From IMG/VR virus record IMGVR_UViG_2531839402_000001: DNA of 46,987 nt. One strand, written 5' to 3'. Shown here piece after piece: positions 9,901 through 18,731 of this stretch. The translations under genes and the position numbers were made by a program. Below the pieces are notes generated by a model. The model was not told where the DNA came from, made no database searches, and was given only the letters and a program-made list of their open reading frames with translations. Position 1 is the first letter of the stretch; each line of letters begins with the position of its first letter. The DNA is from a virus. Taxonomy: Duplodnaviria > Heunggongvirae > Uroviricota > Caudoviricetes.

Positions 9901-12900
9901 CTGGGCTGGTCGTGGTCGTCCGGTTCAGCTTAACCCCAGCCTTACCATCACCGAAGTTGCCGAAAGCGACGCCCGCCGGATACTGGATATCCCAAGCAGT
10001 TGCACCCTGCAGGAAATCGTAGTTCGGGATCAGGTTGTCACCGGCGTTTCTGGCAGCGGTCAGGGTATTATTCAGGTTCGTGATGCTGTTACCCTGGCTG
10101 GAAATCGTATCCCCCTGCTTGGAGACCGTATTTTGCAGCGTAGACAGCGCCTGTGCATCTGCCTTATTCGCCAGATTAGCGTTGGTCTGTTCGAGGCTGT
10201 TTCGCAGATCAGTAACGCTCTGCGAGGTGCTCGTGACGCGATCACCTACGGTGCTGACGTTTGAGGTGACGGCGCTAATGACATTCGAAAGCGCGTTCAT
10301 CCCAAGAGCAGAATTCAGCTGGGCTACTTTCTCGGACAGTTTAAAACCGAGGTTAATGTAAGCCTGACCAGTCCATTGGTTCACCAGGAACTCAACCGTG
10401 CTCCAGCCAGCTTTCAGATCAAAGCTAACCGTATTCCAGCTCGCATTACCAAAGGCAGCCCTAACACCGTTCACGTACACGGCGCCCGTATCATCAAAAA
10501 CACGAGCCCCTGGTGCCATAGTGATGGTGGTATCAGCATTGACCTTCACGAAGGCTTTGTAATGCGCGATCACGTAACTGCCGGCGCTCGCAAAGTCCAG
10601 TTTTGCAGCGTCAGGAACCTCCTCGATCGAGGTTGGCGCCTTACCGTTGATATCGCTAAAGGTCGGCTCAATAGTGCTGTTTGCCAGTTGTACGTTGTAT
10701 ACGCTACGCACCCACATGTTCTGGCGGCCGTTAACTATCTGGTTTGACAGCGAAGTGATGCTGTTGGAGTTAGACGTAATGTCTTTTCCCTGCTGGGTCA
10801 CGGTACTGTTGAGGGTTGATAACGCATTGGACGTCGCATCAATCGCCTTCTCATTGCTCACGTCAACGCAGAAGACGTCATCGAGATACATATAGCCGGA
10901 AGCGACACTTGCGCGCAGAGACACAACCACGCTCGCGGTTTTGGCTGGCGTATACTCGCCGCTAATAAGCGCCCAGTTAGTCGACAGCCCGGCGCCAGTG
11001 ATCGGGATATCCTTTATCGGCGTCAGATCTGCGTTTCGAAGGCTAATTTTGTTGTTGCCGGCATTATTGATCGCGAAGTCAGCGGATTTGCGAACCCATG
11101 CGCCGATACGATAAGTCTTGCCGGCCTGCAGCTCGACCGTTTGGTTGCAGCCCGAGTCACCGCCAGAGGCCAGTTTGCCCGCCTGGATGATGTATTTACC
11201 CGATTTGGGGTTCTGGGCCTCCAACAGAGTCCAGCCGACATACTCCCAACCTTCGAAACCACGTTCAAAAGAGTTGTTTTTGAGCATGTTGCCGATGATC
11301 GCTTTCGAGGCATCCGCATCAGCATTGGCGTTATCCAGCGAGTTTGACAGGCTGGTGATGCTCTGGGACTGGCTGGAGATCTGATTTTCGGCAGCAGTTA
11401 CGCGGTTTGTCAGATTAGTCACAGCTGAGGCGTCAGCTTTGTTCTTGATGCTGTTCTGCATCGAAGTGATCTGCTGCCCCTGGCTGGTGATGGTGCCCTC
11501 AACAGACGATACCCGAGAGGTCAAAGCATTGGTGGCACTGGCGTTCGCCTCAATCGCCAGAGCATCAGTGACGTCAACAAAACCAACATCATCGAAGTAC
11601 TGAGAACCGGTTTTGAGAGAAGACATGATCGATACGTCAACTTTACCGGTCAGCGTCGCCTTCCAGGTATCAGAGACCTCCTTCCATGTTTCATCTTTGG
11701 GCAGATTCTCCGGACGGATCGGAATCTCTTTGAGCAACGTGGCCGCGCCAATACGCAGTTTGTTGTTGCCAGGGCTGCTGATCACCGCATCAGTGGTACA
11801 CCGCACAAAAGAGGACAGCTTGTATGTCCGCCCTTCGACGACGCTTACAGATTGCGTGATTTGCACCGTGCCGGCGGCGCAAACAAGAATTTTGCTACCA
11901 GAATGGGGCGCACTCGCCTTGATAACACTGGATACGCTGTTCCCTGCAGACCACCCTGCCAGGTCACGCTCAAAGGAGGCGTTAACCAGCAAATTGCTCG
12001 GGTTGCTTTTGGCAGTATCGGTATCGCTCTGGATATCGCTTAGCGAGTTATTCAGGGTGGTGATGCTTTCACTCTGGCTGCTAAGGGTTTTATCCTGCTG
12101 GGTTACGGTCGACTGCAGACCCGTGATCGCCTTGCTATTCGCAGATACACCAGACTCAACACTTCCTACGCGATTATCCAGCGTAGACAATGCCGCCCCT
12201 TGTGATTTAAGGGTGTTGCCCTGCTCTTCGACCTTCTGGGAAATTGTCTGTACCGCACTGGCATCGGCCTTCTGGCCAAGGCTTGTTTGCAACCCGGTAA
12301 TCTTGCTTGCCTGGGAAGCTTGTTCAGTGGACAGCGTATGCAGCTCTTCTGCAACAGAGGCTTTGTTTCTGTTGAATTCAGTCTGCAAGGATTCACGCGC
12401 ACTCGCTTCCGCAGCATCGGCGGTGATACGAGCATTTTTCTCCTGATAGATCAGACCGGAGCGAATGTCGTCCAGATTTCCGCTTTCAGAGGAACCGCGG
12501 ATTTGTGCAGCCAATGTGCTGCGCGCCTGCGCTTCGGCGGTATCCGCATTCGCACGAGCCTGCTGCTCTTCCTGTAACGCCGCCATGCCTGCGCCCGGCG
12601 TCGGCCGACCGACAGCGATCCAGTCGAATAACAGGTAATTGTCCGCATCCTGACCCGAAGTGAAATCGAAGCGGAAACGACGAATCGTTGTCGAATCTCT
12701 CCACTCAATGTCGTGCAGGGTCAGAATCGCAATACCCTTGTCATCGTATTCCGGCTCACTGATAACCACGGAGCGACCAGCATTCCAGCCGGTTTCATCA
12801 GCGCCGATCCAGAACATTTTGGCGTTCCAGGTTGGGTTGCCAACCTTTTTAATGCGCATCTTAATGAAACGATAAGCATGGGCATCGATCGTCAAGCCGT

Positions 12901-15900
12901 TAGGGGAACGACAGGTTGAGGTCGGATTGTTCGCTTTCAGCCAGCCATCGCTGGTGACGCTCATTGGCGTGTAGCCATTATCATCTTCCGTCCAGCCTTC
13001 AGCGTCCTGGTCGAAATACCAGATTTTCAGAGAGTCAAACTGTTCCCCTGTGCCAGCGGCAATCTGCGAGATCTGTCGCGCGAGGTTTTCGTCACCGGAG
13101 GTCACAACCTCAGACAAGCTATCGATAGAGGTTTTCAGCTCATTCTTCGCGCTCAGCAGTTGGTCGGCCGCTTGCTTGGCTGCATCATTAACATCTGCAA
13201 TACGGTCATTCGTCTCTTTCTGAATGGCCGCAGTCAGATCTTTGCTGGTCTGGGACAGCGACGTTGTCAGTGATGACTGCGCATTCTTAATCTTCTGCGA
13301 CAGAGCAGCGTCGCCGTCTTTAATCGACTGTTTTGCAGCTTCAATTTGGCTGTTTACGTTGGAGATGTTGGTATTGATCGTCTGGTTGACCGTATCGATA
13401 TTGTCGACAATTGTCTGATTGACGGTATCAATGTCCTCTTTCAGCGACTGATTGACAGAGTCAACCTGCGCCTTAATTTCGGAGGAGGTTTGCGCAAGGT
13501 CGTTTTCAACTTGCTGAATAGACTCGTTGACTGAGTTCTGAACCTCGCCAATGGCGTTGTCTACCGCCTCCTGAGTGGCTTTGCTGTCGATTTCGTCGAG
13601 CAGCTCCTTGCCGAGTTCAGAAGATGTGATCTTGTCTTTCAGGAAAGACAATACGTCGCGAGTGGTGGCCTCTGTACCGAGGTTCGAGTTCGGCTGGCCT
13701 ACCATCCCACGTTTGTTTACCGCACGAATCCAGTAATACCAGGTCTCGTTGTCACCCAGGCCAGCGTGAGTGAAAGTCGTTGTGGCGGCCTGAGCAATGA
13801 GTGTTGCGGTGTCCAGCTTATTTGTTTTGGACGCATACACGTTGATCTGCGCGAGGTCGACTGAATCAGGGTTAACCCAATTCAATACCACGTTACGATA
13901 ATCCCCCACCGCGGTCAGTGATGTGGGCGCCCCTGGCGGCGTCATCGTGCCTTTTACCTGATAGACAGCAGTAATGATCTCGGATTTTTTGCCGCCGAAG
14001 GAAACGGAATACAGCTGGAAGTCATATCGCCCATTTTCGGCAACATTGACGATTTCATATTGTTCTTCCGTGGCGCGGGCAGATTGCCAGTTCGAGACGT
14101 TGCCCTCGTCGGAGCGGCGCCAGCTGACCCAGTATTCTGGTGATTTACCTTCCCAGGCAAGCATCAGCTTCACGGACAAGTTGCCCGGACTGGACAGATA
14201 GGTGCCTTCTGAGATGACCAGATTGCTCGGTTTGGAATATGTGGGATCAAGAACCGTCGTATTTTCTGGAACGAGCGCGGCCCCGTTATCAATCGCCTGG
14301 TACTTAGATGCATTGTTCTGCACCACCGTGATATCAAACGACCCCGGGGTTTCACCTTGCGCGATAGCGACAACGCGCGCCCGCATTGGAACCAGGTCTG
14401 GTTCGGTGATCGTCCAGACGCCATTCGCTACTGGTTGATCGGCTGTGGCCAACGCCGTCTTGAAGGTAACTTTAGTGATGTTGTCGCCGGTCTCGTTGAT
14501 GTCTCGCTCAACGATTTTTCCTTCCTGATTGATGATACGGATGAAGCTACCGCTCTTTTTCAGAGAGACAGGTGCATCGAGGGTGATGCTGTTTTTGGTG
14601 AAAGAGACAATGCGACCGGAATTGCGTTTGCCGGCACGATATTTGTTCTGGATCAGAACGGTTTCGCCCGGCATCAGGAACGAGGCGTCCAGGCCCGCGG
14701 TAAAGGTGATCATGTCTGACTCCATACGCGCGGTATAGAGCAGCCACAAACCTACACGATGAGCCTGACCACGGCTGGTGCATCCGAACGCAACGGCCTC
14801 AGTCTTGCGCTCCCCGTATCGGGCCATCGCTTCCTGATCTTCAACATACTCAACGTTCTGCTTATAGCCGTCTTGTTTGTTGTTATAGGTAATCAGCGCA
14901 ACGGACGGCCGGTCTTTTCGAGCAGAGCCTTTATAGGTAAACAGGCCATCTTTTACGTTTGCGTTGGTAAACAGCATGACAGGGTCAGACGGGCTGTCCT
15001 GCATGATATTCACCATGCCACCAGCCCAGAAAACCATGCCACGGAAAGCGCCGGCAATATCCTGAATCAGACGATAAGCGTCCTGACGACTGGTGATCTG
15101 GGTGTTGATTGCAAAGCGTTTTTCTTTGCCGCCAAAGCCATCATCAACCTCTTCGTCGCAGTAGCGACCGATCTGATAAAGCTGGCCAAGGTCAATCATT
15201 GACTCCGAAACAAATTTGCCGAGGCCATAACGAGCATTGGTCAGCAGATCGAACAGAATCCAGGCAGGGTTGGAAGACGACAGAAGCTTAAAGGTTCCAT
15301 CCCAAACGCCGTTATAAGTGTTCGTGTTTTCATCATAATTCGAAGGCACACGGATTTTGAGGCCACGGATAAGATACGAACGTGACGGCATAGAGCTACC
15401 AAACTGCTCAGAGTTAACCTTAAGGCCAACCAGAACGGAGTTCGGGTAGTTCATTGGGGTGTCAACGATCTCACCGATAGAGTCGACCCAGGTATCGTTA
15501 AAGAGATACTGATCGTTGCTGTCGGCGGAGAGACGAAGCACGCGCACTTTATAGGCACGCCCAGGCTTTGGAAGCTGTATTTCGTAACTGCGGTAGTATA
15601 CACCAGTCTTTTTCGCAGTCAGCGTCACGTCAGAGCTGCTCTCACCTGTAGCAATCACGTCATAGAAAGAGCCATTGCCGTTGGCTAGCTGGAACTTAAA
15701 CTGGACCGAAGTACCGTTTGTGTCCCCTGTTTTCTTGTCAATGCTACGCAGCGACGGGAACTTCATGATCACTCGGACACGATCAGCGTCGTCGTTATCG
15801 ATGGCGACCGTAACCGCGTTTGTGGTTTTCAGCTGTGTGTTAACGGCCTTTGGCGTTTCGACAAAATCGAAACCAGGCATCGGGCTTTGGTCTTGCGAAC

Positions 15901-16162
15901 CATCCCGGAAATCCCAGGTTACACCGGAATAGTTGAATGATCCGTCTTCGTTCTCCAGCGCCACGCCATCGATGAAGATAGATTTAGCGCCGTTAATCAA
16001 CCCACCAACAACACCTTCCCCGAGCAGATCGAGGATAGACGCCATGGCCCGCGAATTAACGGTATCATCCGCTTCAACTGGTGTACGGCTTGAGCCTGAG
16101 CTCTTTTTGCCGCCCGCTCCCGCAATCAGGAGTGGCAATCTCTTTTTCTTGAACTGATCCAT
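3989..16162 (-). CDS. Giant central tail fibre / host-specificity protein J (lambda TipJ-like), 4,057 aa, with FN3 and multiple carbohydrate-binding-like modules
   Basis: AAGGGA RBS. The N-terminal ~640 aa have lambda J motifs (DLLGEG, SNPAW..FDLLTN.RYGLG, FGCTSRGQAHR.G.W). Then two FN3-like repeats, repeated N(L/M)..N..F...W beta-sandwich modules, and a DUF1983-like AAGIALG..SQFLVQADRF..PFVVENG region. Follows tail gene I. Confidence 0.93.
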   Translation of the reverse strand: MDQFKKKRLPLLIAGAGGKKSSGSSRTPVEADDTVNSRAMASILDLLGEGVVGGLINGAKSIFIDGVALENEDGSFNYSGVTWDFRDGSQDQSPMPGFDFVETPKAVNTQLKTTNAVTVAIDNDDADRVRVIMKFPSLRSIDKKTGDTNGTSVQFKFQLANGNGSFYDVIATGESSSDVTLTAKKTGVYYRSYEIQLPKPGRAYKVRVLRLSADSNDQYLFNDTWVDSIGEIVDTPMNYPNSVLVGLKVNSEQFGSSMPSRSYLIRGLKIRVPSNYDENTNTYNGVWDGTFKLLSSSNPAWILFDLLTNARYGLGKFVSESMIDLGQLYQIGRYCDEEVDDGFGGKEKRFAINTQITSRQDAYRLIQDIAGAFRGMVFWAGGMVNIMQDSPSDPVMLFTNANVKDGLFTYKGSARKDRPSVALITYNNKQDGYKQNVEYVEDQEAMARYGERKTEAVAFGCTSRGQAHRVGLWLLYTARMESDMITFTAGLDASFLMPGETVLIQNKYRAGKRNSGRIVSFTKNSITLDAPVSLKKSGSFIRIINQEGKIVERDINETGDNITKVTFKTALATADQPVANGVWTITEPDLVPMRARVVAIAQGETPGSFDITVVQNNASKYQAIDNGAALVPENTTVLDPTYSKPSNLVISEGTYLSSPGNLSVKLMLAWEGKSPEYWVSWRRSDEGNVSNWQSARATEEQYEIVNVAENGRYDFQLYSVSFGGKKSEIITAVYQVKGTMTPPGAPTSLTAVGDYRNVVLNWVNPDSVDLAQINVYASKTNKLDTATLIAQAATTTFTHAGLGDNETWYYWIRAVNKRGMVGQPNSNLGTEATTRDVLSFLKDKITSSELGKELLDEIDSKATQEAVDNAIGEVQNSVNESIQQVENDLAQTSSEIKAQVDSVNQSLKEDIDTVNQTIVDNIDTVNQTINTNISNVNSQIEAAKQSIKDGDAALSQKIKNAQSSLTTSLSQTSKDLTAAIQKETNDRIADVNDAAKQAADQLLSAKNELKTSIDSLSEVVTSGDENLARQISQIAAGTGEQFDSLKIWYFDQDAEGWTEDDNGYTPMSVTSDGWLKANNPTSTCRSPNGLTIDAHAYRFIKMRIKKVGNPTWNAKMFWIGADETGWNAGRSVVISEPEYDDKGIAILTLHDIEWRDSTTIRRFRFDFTSGQDADNYLLFDWIAVGRPTPGAGMAALQEEQQARANADTAEAQARSTLAAQIRGSSESGNLDDIRSGLIYQEKNARITADAAEASARESLQTEFNRNKASVAEELHTLSTEQASQASKITGLQTSLGQKADASAVQTISQKVEEQGNTLKSQGAALSTLDNRVGSVESGVSANSKAITGLQSTVTQQDKTLSSQSESITTLNNSLSDIQSDTDTAKSNPSNLLVNASFERDLAGWSAGNSVSSVIKASAPHSGSKILVCAAGTVQITQSVSVVEGRTYKLSSFVRCTTDAVISSPGNNKLRIGAATLLKEIPIRPENLPKDETWKEVSDTWKATLTGKVDVSIMSSLKTGSQYFDDVGFVDVTDALAIEANASATNALTSRVSSVEGTITSQGQQITSMQNSIKNKADASAVTNLTNRVTAAENQISSQSQSITSLSNSLDNANADADASKAIIGNMLKNNSFERGFEGWEYVGWTLLEAQNPKSGKYIIQAGKLASGGDSGCNQTVELQAGKTYRIGAWVRKSADFAINNAGNNKISLRNADLTPIKDIPITGAGLSTNWALISGEYTPAKTASVVVSLRASVASGYMYLDDVFCVDVSNEKAIDATSNALSTLNSTVTQQGKDITSNSNSITSLSNQIVNGRQNMWVRSVYNVQLANSTIEPTFSDINGKAPTSIEEVPDAAKLDFASAGSYVIAHYKAFVKVNADTTITMAPGARVFDDTGAVYVNGVRAAFGNASWNTVSFDLKAGWSTVEFLVNQWTGQAYINLGFKLSEKVAQLNSALGMNALSNVISAVTSNVSTVGDRVTSTSQSVTDLRNSLEQTNANLANKADAQALSTLQNTVSKQGDTISSQGNSITNLNNTLTAARNAGDNLIPNYDFLQGATAWDIQYPAGVAFGNFGDGKAGVKLNRTTTTSPGIFSNNNKPLPLNGQRKYRVVVKAKGVSGAMNMLIRRQNKIGQTDSNYEDKNVTLTSEWQTITWETGLTASNADGQNFKLYAHPANAEIWVDTFKVFDITDEVKIKANSDALSTLSSTVTQQGDKITSQGNSITKLTNDLEVADANIAKKADQSAVTTLTGRVEKTESGLTAANSNITSLSSSLNQQSKRGANLLPDGTFESYAVGHNLSNNRVIVTTDDSHGGSKCIRVTRPNDYNANATDNSDNHIFSGFQVRDNAVFYMECWVKLDAKSTAMAENAQISIGLSLQYQDNSWQWPAVTKAAKDLSTAQWTKVSGYLKSTKSGIKQAMVRISIPNVSSVKAGNSFLIDDLVITEVTDAYNAQSTADANANAISTLDSTVSQQGDQITSQGNSITKLTNDLATTNNNVSKKADQSALSVLSGRVDQTESGLSSANSSITALNSSVRAGNATSGDLISNPTFDPEFSQMGFTVVSSSSEGVPANCPYAYVARIAARDHHPNFAAIPATLGDVYEMSALVACGTGSADFNLYLGTATRPSGSVGAPLSSGGNRKASATWQRVTWRFKINQGIVDRGFFRPFLQINQSSPFGTVWYVTDWHLRNVTDSSKVQDSLDATAKAVDSLTSTVNQQGENISSIGTRTTNLENNLRTTNANVAQKADANALTALTNRVTQTEKDINSTSSSVTNLNNKVDAISVGGTNLIKNSGDMTGWLNVTSDTYRGNAVIGATVKAGSGYRDLREITLESPVDAGEYVYSFYAKGGVAGQIMTAFFYNPNTTTSIETSQGAKGNNSDGRAQFTLTTSWARYWVKWKQTPTTGTKRLILCRIESNTSKDQTVYINSPKFEVGNVVSDWNDSPADSASASAVDLLTTTVNQQGTSISSIGNRTTSLENGLSTAQNNIAKKADASALQDLRNTVTSQGDDLTAANSSITSLQASMNRRTVFTVTARGNGNSVTHGVFDESGKNLFTPGRSWALVTFAKHSDGSTVIATSKTYDVFGSANNGATMSADIEALASGTYVCVLTFDEPTGNRGKVLSALESLGGTSEVVNSLPYRGAYILLGRKGMKPGDGLELRAPTGGDGTAHISTSVEFVNGVMMGLGAAGGVMMKADANASAITTLQNTVKTQGDNIDSLSSSTTALENSLASSNASVDAASQIPGNLIVNPSFERGTEGYTGWSGIATVATLQVPHLGTKAAKLAAGGSAGVGQKISFKKDRSYKIGIWAKQDPNTTIQSTDNTKFRVADGNGLIASKAYGPFTSNWQEVSWTWKATKDVLADVQFTAFLSAGAMYFDDFYVVDVTDSVETQANSSAITKLDSRVTKTENDITSQGSQVTQLKNDLATTNTNVSKKADAAALTALTNRVTQNEKEIETQSSQTTSLKNSLSTVQAMGSNPWFDGSLETYSENQQISGSRAVVVSSQKRSGTKSLRVSRGAGEGGNSDKTIGKWIALRENAVFRIELWAMMPADQSPSSGWSTLVGLQTQNAANNNNWPTAITINEAALGARGAWKKFTGTLRVAAGHTRGAFWVSTRGTTGTGTPGYDLYIDDVVVTDITDAKEAQDSANANASALTSLTSRVTNVEGQVTSQASQLSSLTSQVNDASSKVDQMAQTITNNEKTQSSLNTSLQSQIDAQASANIKNQTELNNATTSMAAIKSTQQTQATTISALSQQQTNLTAQVGGQSAELQELKKTVVENGNVNSTWMVKMETNSNGKKYAAGIALGIDGKNLQSQFLVQADRFGLINTSNGNTTTPFVVENGVAYMNAAVIKDGSITNAKIAQEISSDSRESDGYPTWFINKDGRSRFSNVYIRGEVHANTGVLNNVTINENCTVLGTVQANKIVGDVVTMTDRVVKNWPSTADTSSGTRYPIATVQGMPFERRMVFNGSIIIQQVWRQNVTIRVDETVVWTFDSGNEGKNFETSIFSIRIPASNYGQTQNITIQWPNRGDSGQFRFTGVISMYRTTGSISLA

Positions 16163-16178
16163 GTTCAAAAAACTTCCC

Positions 16179-16790
16179 TTACAGTTGGTCTATGGTGATT
16201 GAAGAACTCACAATCTGTGAGCCAACTAAAATTTCCTCGCCGAAATTAAGCTGAACTGGGTTTCCCTGGTTGCTGGTGTTTTGAGGCCCATCGAAGTAAA
16301 ACGAATCCGTGTTATCCGCCTGTCTGACAGACGCATTTGATGCCTGCGGCGAAATCAGCATGGACACACCGCCCATCATCAATGACATCCCTCCCATCAC
16401 CAGCGCGGAAGACGCACCAAAAGTCAGCCCTGAGGCCAGAGCGCCGACAGCGATCATCGCGGCGCCCACGAAAGTCTGGAACCACCCAAACGCCTTACCA
16501 CCGCTGCCACGTGGTACGGGAGTAATGCGGATTTTTGCGATATTTTCCGACTCGCCCATCATCTGGTATTCGGTGTCGTCCATTGACCACTTGTGGCCCT
16601 GCTTATTTGTGACCTGGATGTGGTACTTATCGAAGTGGTTACGGTTACGCTTAATCCAGGCTTTAAAGCCCGGGCGATTCGCCTCAATCAAATCGATGGC
16701 TTGTTTGGTGTTGCGCACCTTCAATTTCCAGTGGCGGCCAAAGTTCTTTGCCATCGCACCGCCGAGCTGAACATGAACTAATTCAGACAC
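16179..16790 (-). CDS. Tail tip assembly protein I (lambda gpI-like)
   Basis: GTG start with AAGGGAG RBS; QLGG.MAK.FGR, I.ITPV..GSGG, a Gly/Ala-rich hydrophobic stretch and QG.PVQL.FGE..VGS. Confidence 0.88.
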   Translation of the reverse strand: MSELVHVQLGGAMAKNFGRHWKLKVRNTKQAIDLIEANRPGFKAWIKRNRNHFDKYHIQVTNKQGHKWSMDDTEYQMMGESENIAKIRITPVPRGSGGKAFGWFQTFVGAAMIAVGALASGLTFGASSALVMGGMSLMMGGVSMLISPQASNASVRQADNTDSFYFDGPQNTSNQGNPVQLNFGEEILVGSQIVSSSITIDQL

Positions 16791-17575
16791 GTCTCGTCTC
16801 CCTTGAGTAAATCCCTGTGACGCAGGTGATGCGTCGTGTGCTTCTGATACATCCCACCGTAATAAGCCCGACAGCTGAGACGGTCGATCTGGTGATGCAT
16901 GATCATGCCGTCGCCGATGTATACCGCGCAGTGATCTGGCATTTTCCCGTACTGGATGAAGAAGATGTCGCCGCGCTGGGGTTCCGTCCCCGGCGCCATG
17001 CGGACAAGTCCTTCATTTCGGTAGTTCTGGTCGAGGATGTCGTTGTCCCCCGTGTACCAGGAAGGAATATGCAGGTGGGCGTTTGCATTCAGCTCAACGT
17101 CAAATTCACGCTTTAGGTAATCGCGGCACAGCATCCAGCAATCAAACACACCGAATACGTATGGGCGCCCGAGGTAGGGCATCTCAAAACCACACGGATA
17201 AATGACGTTCATTTCGCTAAAGTGGAATGGCATATCGCTTTCCACATTTTTGCGAATTGCCAGAATCATCCACGGTAGTTCCGTCGCCTCGCACCCGGAG
17301 CGATCCGGGTCTGACGCCTCTGCGCTGCGCTCAACGTGAGAGTGCCAAATAGCGATCACTTCCCCAGCATCTTCGGCCGCAATAATGTCGCTGGCACGCA
17401 TGACAAAATCCTCACGTGGCGTTTCAGAGACATTCATCGCTTCCATAAAGCGATATTTCTCACCCTGTGTGCGCACCAGAAAGCCACACGCTTCATTCGG
17501 GTAACGTTGGATAGCGCAGCGATAGATATCCTGCATGACTTCTGAGCCCAGCTCAGGTAACGTCTGGTTACTCAT
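16778..17575 (-). CDS. Tail tip assembly protein K (JAB/Mov34 + NlpC/P60)
   Basis: YPNEACG, IWHSH (JAB); FGVFDCW..CRDY and PDHCAVY.GDG...HH (NlpC/P60). Confidence 0.92.
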   Translation of the reverse strand: MSNQTLPELGSEVMQDIYRCAIQRYPNEACGFLVRTQGEKYRFMEAMNVSETPREDFVMRASDIIAAEDAGEVIAIWHSHVERSAEASDPDRSGCEATELPWMILAIRKNVESDMPFHFSEMNVIYPCGFEMPYLGRPYVFGVFDCWMLCRDYLKREFDVELNANAHLHIPSWYTGDNDILDQNYRNEGLVRMAPGTEPQRGDIFFIQYGKMPDHCAVYIGDGMIMHHQIDRLSCRAYYGGMYQKHTTHHLRHRDLLKGDETCLN

Positions 17576-18266
17576 ATCGTGTCGCCCCAATAAATCCGCC
17601 AAAATGAATAACGCCATTCGCGAAGTAGTTGCGACGAGCATTACAGGCGTCGTAACGCTTGGTGCAGTAGTCGGCGCCGGCCAAAGAGGTTTGCTGGTTG
17701 TTTTTGTCGAAATAGGGGCCGGTGTAGCCACACTCTGTTCCGCGATATTTCCACGGGCAGCTGTTTTTGATGATCTGACGATACGGCAGTTGAACGCCCA
17801 TCAGATCTAAGACGCTGGACAGCTCGAATTCGACATACTGGTGCGTCTCCAGGGTCTTCTGTTCGACGAACCACATTTCATCAGCAAAATGCTGACTTGG
17901 GTCTGCGGTCGGGTTTCCATCCGGAAAGTTCACCGCGTCCAGAAAACGTGCCAGCGTCATCTTGCGAATGATTTTGCAGCCAATCAGATCGTCATTGGCC
18001 TGCAGCTCGGCAGAAATTACACCGTCGTAGTTGGAAACCTGAATCTTTGGACGAGGAAGTGTTCCCTGACCGCTTTTATCAAAGCCAGACGCTTTAATTG
18101 GCCACGGCTCATAGGAAACTCCCTGCCAGACAATTGGCTGGCTAAGCCCGTTGGTGCCGGCATGGAAATACAACTTGCCGCCGGAGGTTGTCACCGACAT
18201 ATCCAGCTCGAACAACTCAATGAGCGCAGAAGGCGATAAACTCTGAATATCAGCTCTAATACCCAT
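17568..18266 (-). CDS. Minor tail protein L (lambda gpL-like, Fe-S cysteines)
   Basis: LIELFELD, GV.YEPWPIKASGF, LPRPK, CPWKYRGTECGY, C.KRYDAC..R and FGGF.G motifs. Confidence 0.93.
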   Translation of the reverse strand: MGIRADIQSLSPSALIELFELDMSVTTSGGKLYFHAGTNGLSQPIVWQGVSYEPWPIKASGFDKSGQGTLPRPKIQVSNYDGVISAELQANDDLIGCKIIRKMTLARFLDAVNFPDGNPTADPSQHFADEMWFVEQKTLETHQYVEFELSSVLDLMGVQLPYRQIIKNSCPWKYRGTECGYTGPYFDKNNQQTSLAGADYCTKRYDACNARRNYFANGVIHFGGFIGATRYE

Positions 18267-18285
18267 CACTTCATCCTTGAAAAAC

Positions 18286-18310
18286 TCAACGTCACATCCT
18301 GTGACGTTGA
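18286..18310 (-). terminator. Hairpin followed by GTTTTT in the leader of gene L
   Basis: TCAACGTCACA-TCC-TGTGACGTTGA; T run on the minus strand just before the RBS of L. Confidence 0.6.
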
Positions 18311-18316
18311 TATATA

Positions 18317-18342
18317 ATAATAGATAAGTACTTGCTTATCTA
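18317..18342 (-). promoter_or_regulatory. Late-type dyad operator/promoter upstream of gene L
   Basis: Minus strand TAGATAAGCAAG-TA-CTTATC-TATTAT. Confidence 0.65.
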
Positions 18343-18352
18343 TAGTCACAAA

Positions 18353-18688
18353 TTAAGACTCAAAAACCTGTCTAAATGTTGCCGTAAGCACTTGATAACC
18401 TGGGTAACGCTTTACCGTATGGCTATCACATACCACGATAATTGCTTTGCCTCTTGGGTTAGTCCAAACGAATGACTCCACCCCTGCGCGGGCAGTCAAA
18501 AAGTCATCAACGTCGTTTACCACGTCATGGCTACGGGTGAACGTGAGAGACCACTCTTCTTTAATCCGATTGAGCCCCTGCGACTGGCGCTGCTCGTAAT
18601 CATCGCCGTAGTTCAGCACGGTCACGTTAGGCTTTACCGTTTTCTCAGACTCATAATCTGGATACCAATTAAATACTTTCCTCGACAT
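18353..18688 (-). CDS. Minor tail protein M (lambda gpM-like), 111 aa
   Basis: F.WYPD, V....YGDDYEQRQ.QGLN, FL..R.GVESF.W and ATFRQVF motifs; between tape measure and L. Confidence 0.9.
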   Translation of the reverse strand: MSRKVFNWYPDYESEKTVKPNVTVLNYGDDYEQRQSQGLNRIKEEWSLTFTRSHDVVNDVDDFLTARAGVESFVWTNPRGKAIIVVCDSHTVKRYPGYQVLTATFRQVFES

Positions 18689-18731
18689 ATCACTTCCTTG
18701 TGATGGCCGCCCGCTAAGGCGGCCGGCTTTA

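Noticed and set aside
9281-12446. Long plus-strand ORFs (9281..10264, 11613..12446 and others) inside J
   Set aside because: Antisense shadows of a long, codon-biased gene; no RBS or recognisable motifs.
2503-16162. Invertible tail-fibre switch or diversity-generating retroelement
   Set aside because: No invertase, reverse transcriptase, flanking inverted crossover sites or TR/VR pair seen in the window.
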